Below, one piece after another: positions 9,706-19,006 of a DNA stretch of 64,000 nt. The notes under the pieces are model-generated. The model was not told where the DNA came from. It searched no databases and was given only the letters and a program-made list of their open reading frames with translations. The position numbers and the translations under genes are program-made. Within the stretch, counting starts at the first letter, position 1; each line of letters begins with the position of its first letter. Source of the stretch: an uncultured Gammaproteobacteria bacterium. GTDB taxonomy: Bacteria > Patescibacteriota > Patescibacteriia > UBA9570. The stretch lies in the NCBI GenBank assembly GCA_964385285.1, contig CAYLOJ010000001.1:24537-88536 (forward strand). Direction: 5' to 3'.

Positions 9706-10922
9706 AAAGGAAAAAATCGTTTAGCATCGCGATACATCAGAACAGCTAACAGTAGTTGCGTACATAATGTCGAGATGGCAGCTCCAATATAAGACCACTG
9801 CCATACGCAAAACACTGTAAGCGGAGCATTCACGCAGGCGGCAATGATAAAATTTCTGGTATAAAGCTTCTCTTGACCAATGGCTTGCAGGCTATTTCCA
9901 AGTGGTGCCCAGAAGTAAATCAGTAGCGTGTTCCATAGCAAAATAATCAGGGGAATCGTAGCATTGTGGTAGGCATCACTGTACAGCCAGTCTATTACCC
10001 AGGGTGCGGCAAAACTACCGATCAGTGCCATTGGCCAACCCACTAACATCAAAATACTAAAAAGCTTACGCACATGTTGTTGTGCCATGGCTGTTTCGCC
10101 GCGCTTCCATAATTGTGCGATCTTGGGGAAGAATGATGCGATAACTAAACCAGCCAATGAGGTGAGAAAGAAAATAGGTTTGTAGGCAGCAGTGTACCAA
10201 CCTACTTCAGCCGCGGGGCGCAGCCAACCCAAGATTGCGGAATCCAAATAATTGAATTGCGCATTAATGGCGATACTCGCAGCAAATGGCACCACTGAAG
10301 CAAACACCGTCTGTAAGGTTTGCTGGGAATGAATGCGCGGCAAACGTAACTCAGTACGAATAAATTGTAAGCTGAAAAGCCAACTCAGTAATGCCGAAAT
10401 CGCATAGGCGATCGCAACGTACAGTAATGGCACTTTGGAAATAATCGCGACACTCAGCGCTGTTGCTTGCAGTACGGTGTGTACTAATTTACTGGAAGCT
10501 TCTAAATGCATTTGCTGCTTGCCGCGAACTACGGCTTCATTAAACGTCCGTCCACTCACGGCAATAATCGCTATGGCACCGGCCACAATGGTGAGTAAAT
10601 CCAAATGGCTGCGCCAAGAGACAATGATCACTGTGACGATGAGAGCAACTAATGAGCCGAGTAGCTTTAAGGTGACAATATAGCGGCGCTGCTGTTGCCA
10701 GTCGGTTAAACTGCTGGCGACAAGCCGTGTGACATAAGTGTGTAAACCAAAATCGGCAATCACTACACACAAATTAGCAATCGCAAATACGTAGGAGAGT
10801 TGACCATAGGCAGCGTCACCCAGAGTATTGGCAAGCCAAACCACTACCGCAAACAAGACGATGCGGGTAATAAATTCAGTGGCAATCAGCCAAGTAGCGT
10901 TACGATGAATGGAGGCGGTCAT
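9693..10922 (-). CDS. Wzx-like oligosaccharide/polysaccharide flippase (MOP superfamily)
   Basis: 409 aa, about 12 predicted TM helices. The N-terminal region resembles polysaccharide biosynthesis protein (Wzx) families. Sits inside a GT cluster. Confidence 0.6.
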   Translation of the reverse strand: MTASIHRNATWLIATEFITRIVLFAVVVWLANTLGDAAYGQLSYVFAIANLCVVIADFGLHTYVTRLVASSLTDWQQQRRYIVTLKLLGSLVALIVTVIIVSWRSHLDLLTIVAGAIAIIAVSGRTFNEAVVRGKQQMHLEASSKLVHTVLQATALSVAIISKVPLLYVAIAYAISALLSWLFSLQFIRTELRLPRIHSQQTLQTVFASVVPFAASIAINAQFNYLDSAILGWLRPAAEVGWYTAAYKPIFFLTSLAGLVIASFFPKIAQLWKRGETAMAQQHVRKLFSILMLVGWPMALIGSFAAPWVIDWLYSDAYHNATIPLIILLWNTLLIYFWAPLGNSLQAIGQEKLYTRNFIIAACVNAPLTVFCVWQWSYIGAAISTLCTQLLLAVLMYRDAKRFFPLWKR

Positions 10923-11964
10923 AGATGGATTGGAGTGTGTTCAGCTGTGTAGACCAACTGTGAGTAGATGCAACGTACTGTTGTAGTGCCACACGCTGCT
11001 GCATCGTAGCAGGCGATTCCAGACCCGCGCAAATGGCATCGGCTAGTGCTTCAGCACTGACAGTTTCTACGGCGATGCCGTTACCACCTGCTAAAGCCTT
11101 TGTGCTAGGGCTGGAGAAATAGATTGGCGTCACGCCCGCAGCCATATAGTTTAGTAGTTTTCCGCTACCTTCCGTTGTCGTCGGGGGTTTGGGATCTACG
11201 CCGAGCTGGCAGGTCGCAAGCGTGTTGAGTAATTCTTCATAAGGAACAGTCTGATACCCTGGTGCAATCATTCGATAACGCAGTCCTGGTTTACGTTGCT
11301 GTACTAGTGTGATCGCCCGAAGTAATAGATCCGTTCCTTTGTGTTGACCAACACCCCCACTGTAGACAAGATCATATTGAATGGGTTGCGGAGCAACGCT
11401 CGAGCCAATACCGTCACGCAGTAATGTAAATTGAACTTCTGGAAATTTTTTGCTCAGCGTTTGATAGGCCTGATCAGAACTTACTAATACGTGGTTTGCC
11501 TGGCGCACTGCCCAATTTTCATACCATGATGCGAATACTGCAAGCCATTTCCAAATACCCCGATAGCTGCGAAGTTCTTCAGCCAACACACTTTGCAAAT
11601 CTAAGACGATTGGAATTTTTTTGCCGAAGCTAGCCCAATATGCAATCCACATACCTTCATGTAGATGTGCGTGAATCATACTGGCTTTCGATTTCTTAAT
11701 AATGCCTCGCGCTTTAATGATTAATAGAAAATCTAAGAGCAATTTAGTTGCTGACGGACCTGCCGTAGTTTTGCGGTACCAGGGTAGTCGAGTAGTACGT
11801 GAAATGTGTGCGGCGCCGATGTTTCTGCCCAGCGCATAAGTAGCTAACTCTACTTGATAACCCATGCGTTGTATTAATTTCAACTCCTCAAAAATGCGAA
11901 TATGACATCCACGGTCGGAAAAGTACGGCGTGGGAGCTATGACAAGTAGGGTGGAGGTGTTCAT
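10900..11964 (-). CDS. GT4-family (GT-B) glycosyltransferase
   Basis: 354 aa. N-terminal LLVIAPTPYF and a C-terminal EGSGKLLNYMAAGVTPI... region typical of GT4 enzymes. Confidence 0.7.
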   Translation of the reverse strand: MNTSTLLVIAPTPYFSDRGCHIRIFEELKLIQRMGYQVELATYALGRNIGAAHISRTTRLPWYRKTTAGPSATKLLLDFLLIIKARGIIKKSKASMIHAHLHEGMWIAYWASFGKKIPIVLDLQSVLAEELRSYRGIWKWLAVFASWYENWAVRQANHVLVSSDQAYQTLSKKFPEVQFTLLRDGIGSSVAPQPIQYDLVYSGGVGQHKGTDLLLRAITLVQQRKPGLRYRMIAPGYQTVPYEELLNTLATCQLGVDPKPPTTTEGSGKLLNYMAAGVTPIYFSSPSTKALAGGNGIAVETVSAEALADAICAGLESPATMQQRVALQQYVASTHSWSTQLNTLQSIYDRLHSS

Positions 11965-12893
11965 TGCAACTGACGTGTGATGACAGACTTTACAGTGTAG
12001 GGTCGACGATCCTGGGTGTAATAGGATTTAGCCAGTACTTCAGCTAACAAGCCACTGATAAAGAGTTGTAACCCCCCTAAGATTGATAACACCGCTACTA
12101 ACGGCCAGATGCTAGTGGATAGCGGATAAGCCCAACCAATGCGCATCACGGCTAGTACTAGCAGTAAAGCGCTACCGGCAGATACCATCACTAAACCCGC
12201 TCCGCCAAATAGATGCAGTGGTCGATACGCGTAGTTTCTCCAAAACCACAGCCCAAGCATATCGATGAATCCTCGAAAGATGCGTTCTGCTCCATATTTT
12301 GTGATTCCAGCAGTGCGAGGTTGATGATTAACTTCGACCTCACCAACAGAAAATCCGTTTAATCGAAGAATGGCGGGAATAAAACGGTGGCTTTCACCAT
12401 GCAAATCCACATCTACGAAGCAAGTTTTTCTATATACCTTCAATGTGCAACCGGAATCATGGATGCCATCATTCAAAAAAAATGTTCGCAGCCAATGGGC
12501 TCCGCGCGAGGTAAAGCGCTTAGCAATGCTATCACGACGGTGCTTTCTCCAACCTGACACAACGTCTAAGTTGTGAGTTTCTAAGTAAGTCAATAATTTC
12601 GGGATCTCCTCCGGGGGGTTCTGTAAGTCTCCATCGAGTGTAATAAGTAGCTCTCCTTGTGCCTGTTTAATGCCTGCATCGAGCGCGGCAGTTTGACCAA
12701 AGTTTTTACGTAATGTGATTACCGTGATTGGGGATAGTGTCTGCAACAACTCCGCTGTCCCATCAGTACTGCCATCGTCGACAAAAATAATTTCATACGG
12801 TTTGGCTAATTGTGTCATTACAACTACAACTCGACGATGTAATTCGCTTATATTCGGTTTCTCATTATAAACTGGGATGATCACGGTATACAT
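11961..12893 (-). CDS. Polyprenyl-phosphate sugar synthase (DPM1/ArnC/GtrB-like GT2) with C-terminal TM helices
   Basis: MYTVIIPVYNEKPNI...IIFVDDGSTDGT...TLRKNFGQTAALDAGI...LDGDLQNPPEEIPKLL, plus two C-terminal hydrophobic helices. Confidence 0.8.
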   Translation of the reverse strand: MYTVIIPVYNEKPNISELHRRVVVVMTQLAKPYEIIFVDDGSTDGTAELLQTLSPITVITLRKNFGQTAALDAGIKQAQGELLITLDGDLQNPPEEIPKLLTYLETHNLDVVSGWRKHRRDSIAKRFTSRGAHWLRTFFLNDGIHDSGCTLKVYRKTCFVDVDLHGESHRFIPAILRLNGFSVGEVEVNHQPRTAGITKYGAERIFRGFIDMLGLWFWRNYAYRPLHLFGGAGLVMVSAGSALLLVLAVMRIGWAYPLSTSIWPLVAVLSILGGLQLFISGLLAEVLAKSYYTQDRRPYTVKSVITRQLQ

Positions 12894-12916
12894 AAAACAT
12901 GCAAACTATAACACTA

Positions 12917-12945
12917 TTGCGCCATTTTGGCAAGCCCGATATACT
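12917..12945 (+). promoter_or_regulatory. Sigma70-like promoter TTGCGC-17-TATACT, 6 nt upstream of ATG 12952
   Basis: -35 12917-12922, -10 12940-12945. Confidence 0.35.
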
Positions 12946-12951
12946 AGTCGT

Positions 12952-14406
12952 ATGCATAATCTTAAATGGTTGCGGGCTGCGCTGATAATTGCAGGAGTGC
13001 TGAGTTGTGTTTGGATCGTTTACCTATATTTTGGTGGAAATGGCACACTCACCCTAACCTATCAATTTAATGGTACCGGGCAGTGGATCTCTAATTTTCA
13101 ACCGCATGGGAGAGCGCTCGATCTTGAACAAAACCAAGAGAATGGCGAGACGTATCAGCGGTTAGTGGGCGAGCCTACCTATTTTACCGTTACATTACCG
13201 AGCGCCTATGACTCTGTGGAAGTAGCTTTAGAATATCAGAATCCTAATCAAACTCTTATCGAGTTAGGATTAAAGCAAACTACAAACCCAGATTTGTTTG
13301 ATTACCAGATGCAGCCGGTGGAAAATAAATTAGTCGACGCAAGCGAATGGGATAGAGTTGAAAATGATGAATATGTTTTATTGCAGAAGGAACCAATATA
13401 TTCCTCTGTGGAAGAGTTTCTCATCAATCCACCTTTAGATAAACAGGTTGGCACGTATTTAGGGGTCGCACTACCAAATTTTATTGATACCTCATACACG
13501 CCAAATGACGAGCTGTTTAGCGATGTGTCGGTGACATTGCGCGGACGTCATGAATTTTATGCGTACGCGGCAGCAGGAGAGGAAATGCAGTTTTCAGTTT
13601 CGTTAGACACGATCGATTATATCGCGGGGAGTGATACGGCCACGGTTAGTCTATGGCAAGGTAATTCAGTGCTCGGAGAATCCTCAGTGAATAATCACGG
13701 CACGGCCCAACTTGAGGTTAGTGCACCAATGACCGGGGTGTATAAACTCGTAGTGGCAGCTTCCGATGATTTTTTGATCACACACCTACATTCTACGCAG
13801 GAACGACTCGTTGTTGGTAGTGCGATGCATTTGGCTGGTTCAGAAGAGTATCAGGCGAGTGAGGTTCCAATCAATACAGAGCCTACTCTCGTTAACTCCA
13901 ACGCTAGCTGGGTAACATTCATCGCCAAGCATTCCTACGGAGTGGGTAGCTATACAATGTACAACGGAGATTTTGCCGTCAACAAAGTCGATGCACCATC
14001 CACCTGGGTGAATCCCATTGCAAACGCGCATTTTAATTTTGTAGCGCCACAGAATGATCTGTATCTACAAAGTGATAGCTATTTTGCGCTCCCAGGGGCA
14101 ATCGAGTTTGATCCCTGGTTTGGCTTCCGTACAATATCAAGGTATAGCAATGGCGAACATTTGGATTATGTGTTGAGTAAACACTACACTCAGCCGGAAC
14201 GGTTGCGTGGCTGGACTTCAAGCCAAGTTACATTTGATCTTTCTACGGTCACACAAGATCAACCAAATACATTGCAATTTATGTTGTCTGCCCCAGGAGT
14301 CGAAACAACCCCAGAAGGTCTGAAAGTTAGACGCATCACCATTAATGCTAAACAACACGCTTTAACGCTATCCTATCTATGGGAAAAATTATTTGGCGCG
14401 AACTAA
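12952..14406 (+). CDS. Hypothetical membrane-anchored extracytoplasmic protein (N-terminal TM/signal anchor, ~480 aa)
   Basis: Start moved to ATG 12952 (MHNLKWLRAALIIAGVLSCVWIVYLYF), which sits right behind a -35/-10 promoter. No recognisable catalytic motif. Confidence 0.45.
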   Translation: MHNLKWLRAALIIAGVLSCVWIVYLYFGGNGTLTLTYQFNGTGQWISNFQPHGRALDLEQNQENGETYQRLVGEPTYFTVTLPSAYDSVEVALEYQNPNQTLIELGLKQTTNPDLFDYQMQPVENKLVDASEWDRVENDEYVLLQKEPIYSSVEEFLINPPLDKQVGTYLGVALPNFIDTSYTPNDELFSDVSVTLRGRHEFYAYAAAGEEMQFSVSLDTIDYIAGSDTATVSLWQGNSVLGESSVNNHGTAQLEVSAPMTGVYKLVVAASDDFLITHLHSTQERLVVGSAMHLAGSEEYQASEVPINTEPTLVNSNASWVTFIAKHSYGVGSYTMYNGDFAVNKVDAPSTWVNPIANAHFNFVAPQNDLYLQSDSYFALPGAIEFDPWFGFRTISRYSNGEHLDYVLSKHYTQPERLRGWTSSQVTFDLSTVTQDQPNTLQFMLSAPGVETTPEGLKVRRITINAKQHALTLSYLWEKLFGAN

Positions 14407-14570
14407 GCGTAGCCTTTACGATTTGGCTTTTAATCCTATTGATATTGGATTCGGCATTGCATGGCTTCGTGGCCGTTGTTCTTCCACTACCAATTTTAGG
14501 TGGGATTTGGCTAGTGAATTTAATTGCTTGGATCTGGACAAAACGCTCATAGAGTGTTAGTTTATTAGCT

Positions 14571-15290
14571 ATGAAAGGTATTATTTTAGCAGGTGGTAGC
14601 GGCACACGGTTGCAGCCATTGACCAAGGTTACCAGCAAACAGTTGCTGCCGATCTATGATCAACCGATGGTTTTTTTTCCATTGCAAACATTGATTCAAG
14701 CAGGTATTCGTGAGGTGTTGTTTATTGTAGCGCCGGAACACGCCGGTGATTTTTTGAATTGCTTGGGTTCTGGTGCTCAATTCGGCTGTCGTTTCACATA
14801 TGAGATTCAAGACAAACCGGCCGGATTAGCTCAAGGATTATCTCTGGCCGAGACATTTGTAGGCGAAGATAGTTGCGTGCTTATTTTAGGTGATAATATC
14901 TATGAGCACGACTTTAGTAAGGCAGTTAAAGAGTTTACTTCCGGTGCCCATATCTTCGTAAAGCAAGTTCCTGATCCAGAACGATTTGGTGTGGTGGAAT
15001 TAGACGAAAACATGCATGTGTTATCAATTGAAGAAAAACCAGCCAAACCCAAAACCAACTACGCGCAGACCGGAGTCTATATTTATGACGAACACGTATT
15101 CGATCTAATCCGTACGATGAAACCCTCAGCTCGTGGTGAGTTGGAGATTACCGATTTGAATAATCTCTATCTCTCTAAGGGCGTACTGACAGCGAGTGTA
15201 ATTACCGGTGAATGGATTGATGCTGGTACATTAGAAAGTCTCTTTAAAGCTGCAGAATTCAGACGAAAACTAGTATTAAAACAATCTTAG
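14571..15290 (+). CDS. rfbA: Glucose-1-phosphate thymidylyltransferase (short form)
   Basis: MKGIILAGGSGTRLQPLTKVTSKQLLPIYDQPMV... nucleotidyltransferase signature. Followed by rfbC, rfbB and rfbD. Confidence 0.85.
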   Translation: MKGIILAGGSGTRLQPLTKVTSKQLLPIYDQPMVFFPLQTLIQAGIREVLFIVAPEHAGDFLNCLGSGAQFGCRFTYEIQDKPAGLAQGLSLAETFVGEDSCVLILGDNIYEHDFSKAVKEFTSGAHIFVKQVPDPERFGVVELDENMHVLSIEEKPAKPKTNYAQTGVYIYDEHVFDLIRTMKPSARGELEITDLNNLYLSKGVLTASVITGEWIDAGTLESLFKAAEFRRKLVLKQS

Positions 15291-15293
15291 TTT

Positions 15294-16616
15294 ATGTCTA
15301 CTGAGCGTCCACCGAGGTTGAATGTTCCTGCAGTTGAAAGTGTTGGCACTGAACCTAGACCAGAAGCGACTCGAGAGATGGTCCAAGTAATTAATGAGTT
15401 GGTAGCAGCTGTGCCCGCGGAGACTATTGAAGTTGCTCGATCCGCTGCTACTTTACGTAGACAGTTACTAGAGCGCAGAATGCATGACAATCCAGCGGCG
15501 AAAGAAATTCATCATACTGCATTGCAGGATCTCATAACTCGTGAGGGTATTAATAATGATGACTATGAAATGGGACGCATTCTTGCAACTGTTCCGTCAG
15601 AATCATTCCCAAGTGGTTTGCAAGCAAAGCGGCTTTTATTGCGCGAGCGATTAATTGATCCGATTGATCAAGCAATTGCGGAAAACAGCACGTTAAAAAA
15701 GTTCTTTCCAGACCCACGCCTCCATCAAGCAGATCTATATCAGATTTCATACGACTATGCCTTAGCTATCAGCCGTTTAGATTTAAAGCGCGACAAAGGT
15801 CGTGATAGTTTGACTGGGCTGATTAATGACCAAGGTTTTTTAGCGGAAATTTTTGAGGCCAATCTAAAGTTGTTGGCTTTGCTAGAAGGGGATAGGGCGA
15901 TGGCAGTTTTTCGGATTGATCTTGATGGTTTTAAAGCTGTGAATGAACGGTACACCCACTCCGCTGGAGATAGAGTTTTAAAAGAGTTCGCCGATCAGTT
16001 ACGTTTGAAATTCAAGCGCACATTTGACACCATGAGTGTAAACCCAGAAAGCGATCAATATAGCTTAGATGGTCGGCCAGGTGGCGATGAGTTCGTATTA
16101 ATGGTGAATGACATTAATATGTCTAGCGACCCTGCTATCAGCAATGCTGATTACGAACATTATCCGGACGATTTATTACAAAGGTACGGTATCGGTAATC
16201 GCGCGATCTTTGGTATGGCCAAGTTAATCGCTGAAGCTGCAGCCGCAGTGCACATGCCAGATGGTTCTAAATTAACTGCTTCGGTTGGTTTTGCCCGCAT
16301 TCATCAGGAAGAGGCTTCCCGTATGCTGTACGGTCGGAAAGGGTCAGAATATGATCGTCGTAACTTTTCCTTTTACAATCATGCCGCTGATTCTGCTGCT
16401 CAATATGCTAAAGAATGGGGCGATGGCATTGCGTATGAATGGACGCCACGTTATGAGCCTGTGCCCATGACATTTGAACGCCTTTTAAAGAAAGGGATCA
16501 AGCGTTTTAATCGTGATCACCCGAGCATTCCCGTGGATGAAGAGATTATGACGATGTTGCAAGATCAGGCAACGTTGCTTGTTCAAAAATACGCGCAGTT
16601 AGCTGAGAAAAAGTAA
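15294..16616 (+). CDS. GGDEF-domain diguanylate cyclase (no recognisable sensor domain)
   Basis: RIDLDGFKAVNERYTHSAGDRVLKEFA ... RPGGDEFVLMV ... ASVGFA. Intact GG(D)EF active-site motif and conserved N..D guanine-specificity pair. About 190 aa of unknown N-terminal region. Confidence 0.75.
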   Translation: MSTERPPRLNVPAVESVGTEPRPEATREMVQVINELVAAVPAETIEVARSAATLRRQLLERRMHDNPAAKEIHHTALQDLITREGINNDDYEMGRILATVPSESFPSGLQAKRLLLRERLIDPIDQAIAENSTLKKFFPDPRLHQADLYQISYDYALAISRLDLKRDKGRDSLTGLINDQGFLAEIFEANLKLLALLEGDRAMAVFRIDLDGFKAVNERYTHSAGDRVLKEFADQLRLKFKRTFDTMSVNPESDQYSLDGRPGGDEFVLMVNDINMSSDPAISNADYEHYPDDLLQRYGIGNRAIFGMAKLIAEAAAAVHMPDGSKLTASVGFARIHQEEASRMLYGRKGSEYDRRNFSFYNHAADSAAQYAKEWGDGIAYEWTPRYEPVPMTFERLLKKGIKRFNRDHPSIPVDEEIMTMLQDQATLLVQKYAQLAEKK

Positions 16617-16622
16617 TTACTA

Positions 16623-17153
16623 TTGATGGATACAAATGCTATGCAAATAACTAAACAGGATTATCAGCCCCGACCACAAATTGAAGGAGTGAAAATTGTG
16701 GAGCTTAAAGTCTTTCGAGACGACGGTGGATATTTTTTTGAAGTTGGTCGCTTCAATCAACATCTCTTTGAACATTTTCCGGAATTTGAATTAAAGCAAT
16801 TGAATTTATCAGAGATGGACCCAGGTGTGATCAAAGCCTGGCACATTCACAATACCCAGGACGATATTTGGTTTGTACCCCCAAGTCAACGTATGCTGGT
16901 GTGTTTAAGAGATATTCGCGAAGGCTCTACCACTAAAGATGTGACGATGCGAATGGTGATGGGTGGAGGAAAAGCACAGTTGGTATTTATTCCGCGTGGT
17001 GTTGCTCATGGCGCTGCAAATGTATGGAATCAACCGGCGATGATTTTTTACATGGTGAATAACCAGTTTTCTGCTGACCCTATATTAAGCGACGAATATC
17101 GTTTACCTTGGGATCAGTTTGGTGCTGAACTTTGGCAGCAAACCAAGGGCTAA
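16623..17153 (+). CDS. rfbC: dTDP-4-dehydrorhamnose 3,5-epimerase (cupin)
   Basis: IEGVKIVELKVFRDDGGYFFE... matches the RmlC N-terminal pattern. Cupin His/Lys region WHIH. Confidence 0.75.
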   Translation: MMDTNAMQITKQDYQPRPQIEGVKIVELKVFRDDGGYFFEVGRFNQHLFEHFPEFELKQLNLSEMDPGVIKAWHIHNTQDDIWFVPPSQRMLVCLRDIREGSTTKDVTMRMVMGGGKAQLVFIPRGVAHGAANVWNQPAMIFYMVNNQFSADPILSDEYRLPWDQFGAELWQQTKG

Positions 17154-17154
17154 T

Positions 17155-18162
17155 ATGAAATTACTAGTCACCGGGGGGGCGGGATTTATTGGATCCAATT
17201 TTATTCAGTACTGGTTAAAACACCATCCTAAGGATAGTGTGGTTAATTTAGATAAACTTACCTACGCCGGCAATGTTGAGAATTTAGTCGAAGTCGCACA
17301 TAATAATAATTATCGGTTTGTGCAAGGTGATATCTGTGATCCAGAAGTTGTGAATCCATTAGTCTATGAAGCTGATCTGGTCGTGCATTTTGCCGCTGAA
17401 TCCCATGTGGATCGCTCTATTACATCGCCCGGTGAATTTATTCGTACAAATGTCCAAGGCACACAAGTATTACTGCAGGCAGCTGTAGAGTACACGAAGC
17501 GATTCCATCATGTTTCTACTGATGAGGTGTTTGGAAGTCTACCGTTACATTCATCCGCCAAATTTAATGAGTCCACGCCCTATGCACCGCGCAGTCCATA
17601 TTCGGCATCCAAAGCAGCTTCAGATCACATTGTACGCGCTTATCACGAAACATTTGGTTTACCAATTACTATTAGTAATTGCAGTAATAACTACGGTCCT
17701 TGGCATTTCCCCGAGAAATTTATCCCACTAGCCATTACAAATATTCTCGCGGGCAAGCCAATACCAATTTATGGTCAAGGCGTAAATGTACGTGACTGGC
17801 TATATGTAGAAGATCATTGTCGGGCCATTGAGACAATTTTGCTTAACGGCGTAATCGGTGAGACTTACTGCATCGGCGGCAATGCCGAAATTGATAATTT
17901 AACTTTAGCAAAACAACTAATTCACTTAATGCATAGTGATGAATCGCTGCTGCAATTTGTGACTGATCGGCCAGGCCATGACCTGCGCTATGCAATGGAT
18001 TATGGTAAGTTGCAGCGTACATTGGGTTGGGAGCCAAGTGTTGATTTAACTACAGGATTACAGCGTACAATTGATTGGTTTGTGTCGCACCGGGATTGGG
18101 TTGAACGCTGTACCAGTGGAGCGTACCAAACTTACTACCAAGCTCAATATGGCCAACGCTAA
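17155..18162 (+). CDS. rfbB: dTDP-glucose 4,6-dehydratase
   Basis: MKLLVTGGAGFIGSNF...YAGN...GDICD...YSASKAASD (SDR, Rossmann GxxGxxG, YxxxK). Start at ATG 17155, immediately after the rfbC stop. Confidence 0.9.
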   Translation: MKLLVTGGAGFIGSNFIQYWLKHHPKDSVVNLDKLTYAGNVENLVEVAHNNNYRFVQGDICDPEVVNPLVYEADLVVHFAAESHVDRSITSPGEFIRTNVQGTQVLLQAAVEYTKRFHHVSTDEVFGSLPLHSSAKFNESTPYAPRSPYSASKAASDHIVRAYHETFGLPITISNCSNNYGPWHFPEKFIPLAITNILAGKPIPIYGQGVNVRDWLYVEDHCRAIETILLNGVIGETYCIGGNAEIDNLTLAKQLIHLMHSDESLLQFVTDRPGHDLRYAMDYGKLQRTLGWEPSVDLTTGLQRTIDWFVSHRDWVERCTSGAYQTYYQAQYGQR

Positions 18163-19006
18163 GATTGTTATTCTTGGTGCCAATGGGATGCTCGGACATG
18201 CATTACTGCATGCCTTTAAGGACAAGAACCCGATTGGACTACGTCACTCCGATTTAGACATTACACAACGGGCTGCAGTTATAAAAAAAATCTCTGAATT
18301 GCAACCGTCAGTCATTATCAATGCCGCGGCCTATACCAAGGTCGATGATTGCGAAACCAATCAAGTAGTCGCGAATAAAGTAAATGGTGAAGCACCCGGA
18401 TTTTTAGCCGAAGCAGCCAAAGCTGTAAATGCAACATTAGTACAGTACAGTACAGATTATGTCTTTTCCGGGCAAAATTCAGCAGGGTATGCAGAAGATA
18501 GCGAACCCGGTCAGCCGGTTAATGCTTATGGAGCGAGTAAGTTATTAGGAGAGAAGAATATCGTTCAACAGGTTGATGCACAATGGTCAAATTACTACAT
18601 CATTCGAACATCATGGCTTTTTGGTAATGATGGGCCAAATTTTGTGGACACAATGCTAAAATTAGGCCTAACCAAGCCAGTGTTAAAAGTGGTGAATGAT
18701 CAGCATGGAAGCCCTACCTATACAAATGATTTGGCAGTAGCTACACGTTCGATTTTGGATCAGCAGTTGCCTGCCGGAATTTACCATGCGACGAATAGTG
18801 GGGATTGCACTTGGTATGAATTTGCACAAGAGATATTTCGGCTAGCTCAATTATCAGTGGTCGTCGAGCCCTGCAGTAGTTTGGAATTTCCTCGACCAGC
18901 TAAACGCCCTGCTTTTTCGATGTTACGAAATACAAAAATCTCAGCTCTACCCACTTGGCAACAAGCCCTAGCGACTTATTTGTCGGCGCGCAGTGGTAAG
19001 GCATAG
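18149..19006 (+). CDS. rfbD: dTDP-4-dehydrorhamnose reductase
   Basis: MANAKIVILGANGMLGHALL...NAAAYTKVDDCE...YGASKLLGE. Start set to ATG 18149, overlapping the end of rfbB. Confidence 0.85.
   Translation: MANAKIVILGANGMLGHALLHAFKDKNPIGLRHSDLDITQRAAVIKKISELQPSVIINAAAYTKVDDCETNQVVANKVNGEAPGFLAEAAKAVNATLVQYSTDYVFSGQNSAGYAEDSEPGQPVNAYGASKLLGEKNIVQQVDAQWSNYYIIRTSWLFGNDGPNFVDTMLKLGLTKPVLKVVNDQHGSPTYTNDLAVATRSILDQQLPAGIYHATNSGDCTWYEFAQEIFRLAQLSVVVEPCSSLEFPRPAKRPAFSMLRNTKISALPTWQQALATYLSARSGKA

Noticed and set aside
14407-14570. Short hydrophobic peptide ORF (about 38 aa from TTG, ...LILDSALHGFVAVVLPLPILGGIWLVNLIAWIWTKRS) in the 164-nt spacer before rfbA
   Set aside because: It has only non-ATG starts, no upstream promoter motif of the recurrent type, and no conservation evidence. 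Too speculative to call.
15294-16616. Possibility that the GGDEF protein is a degenerate (receptor-only) GGDEF
   Set aside because: The active-site GGDEF, the preceding Arg and the upstream metal-binding and guanine-specifying Asp/Asn residues are all intact. It is the I-site RxxD that is missing, which argues for an active and non-feedback-inhibited cyclase.
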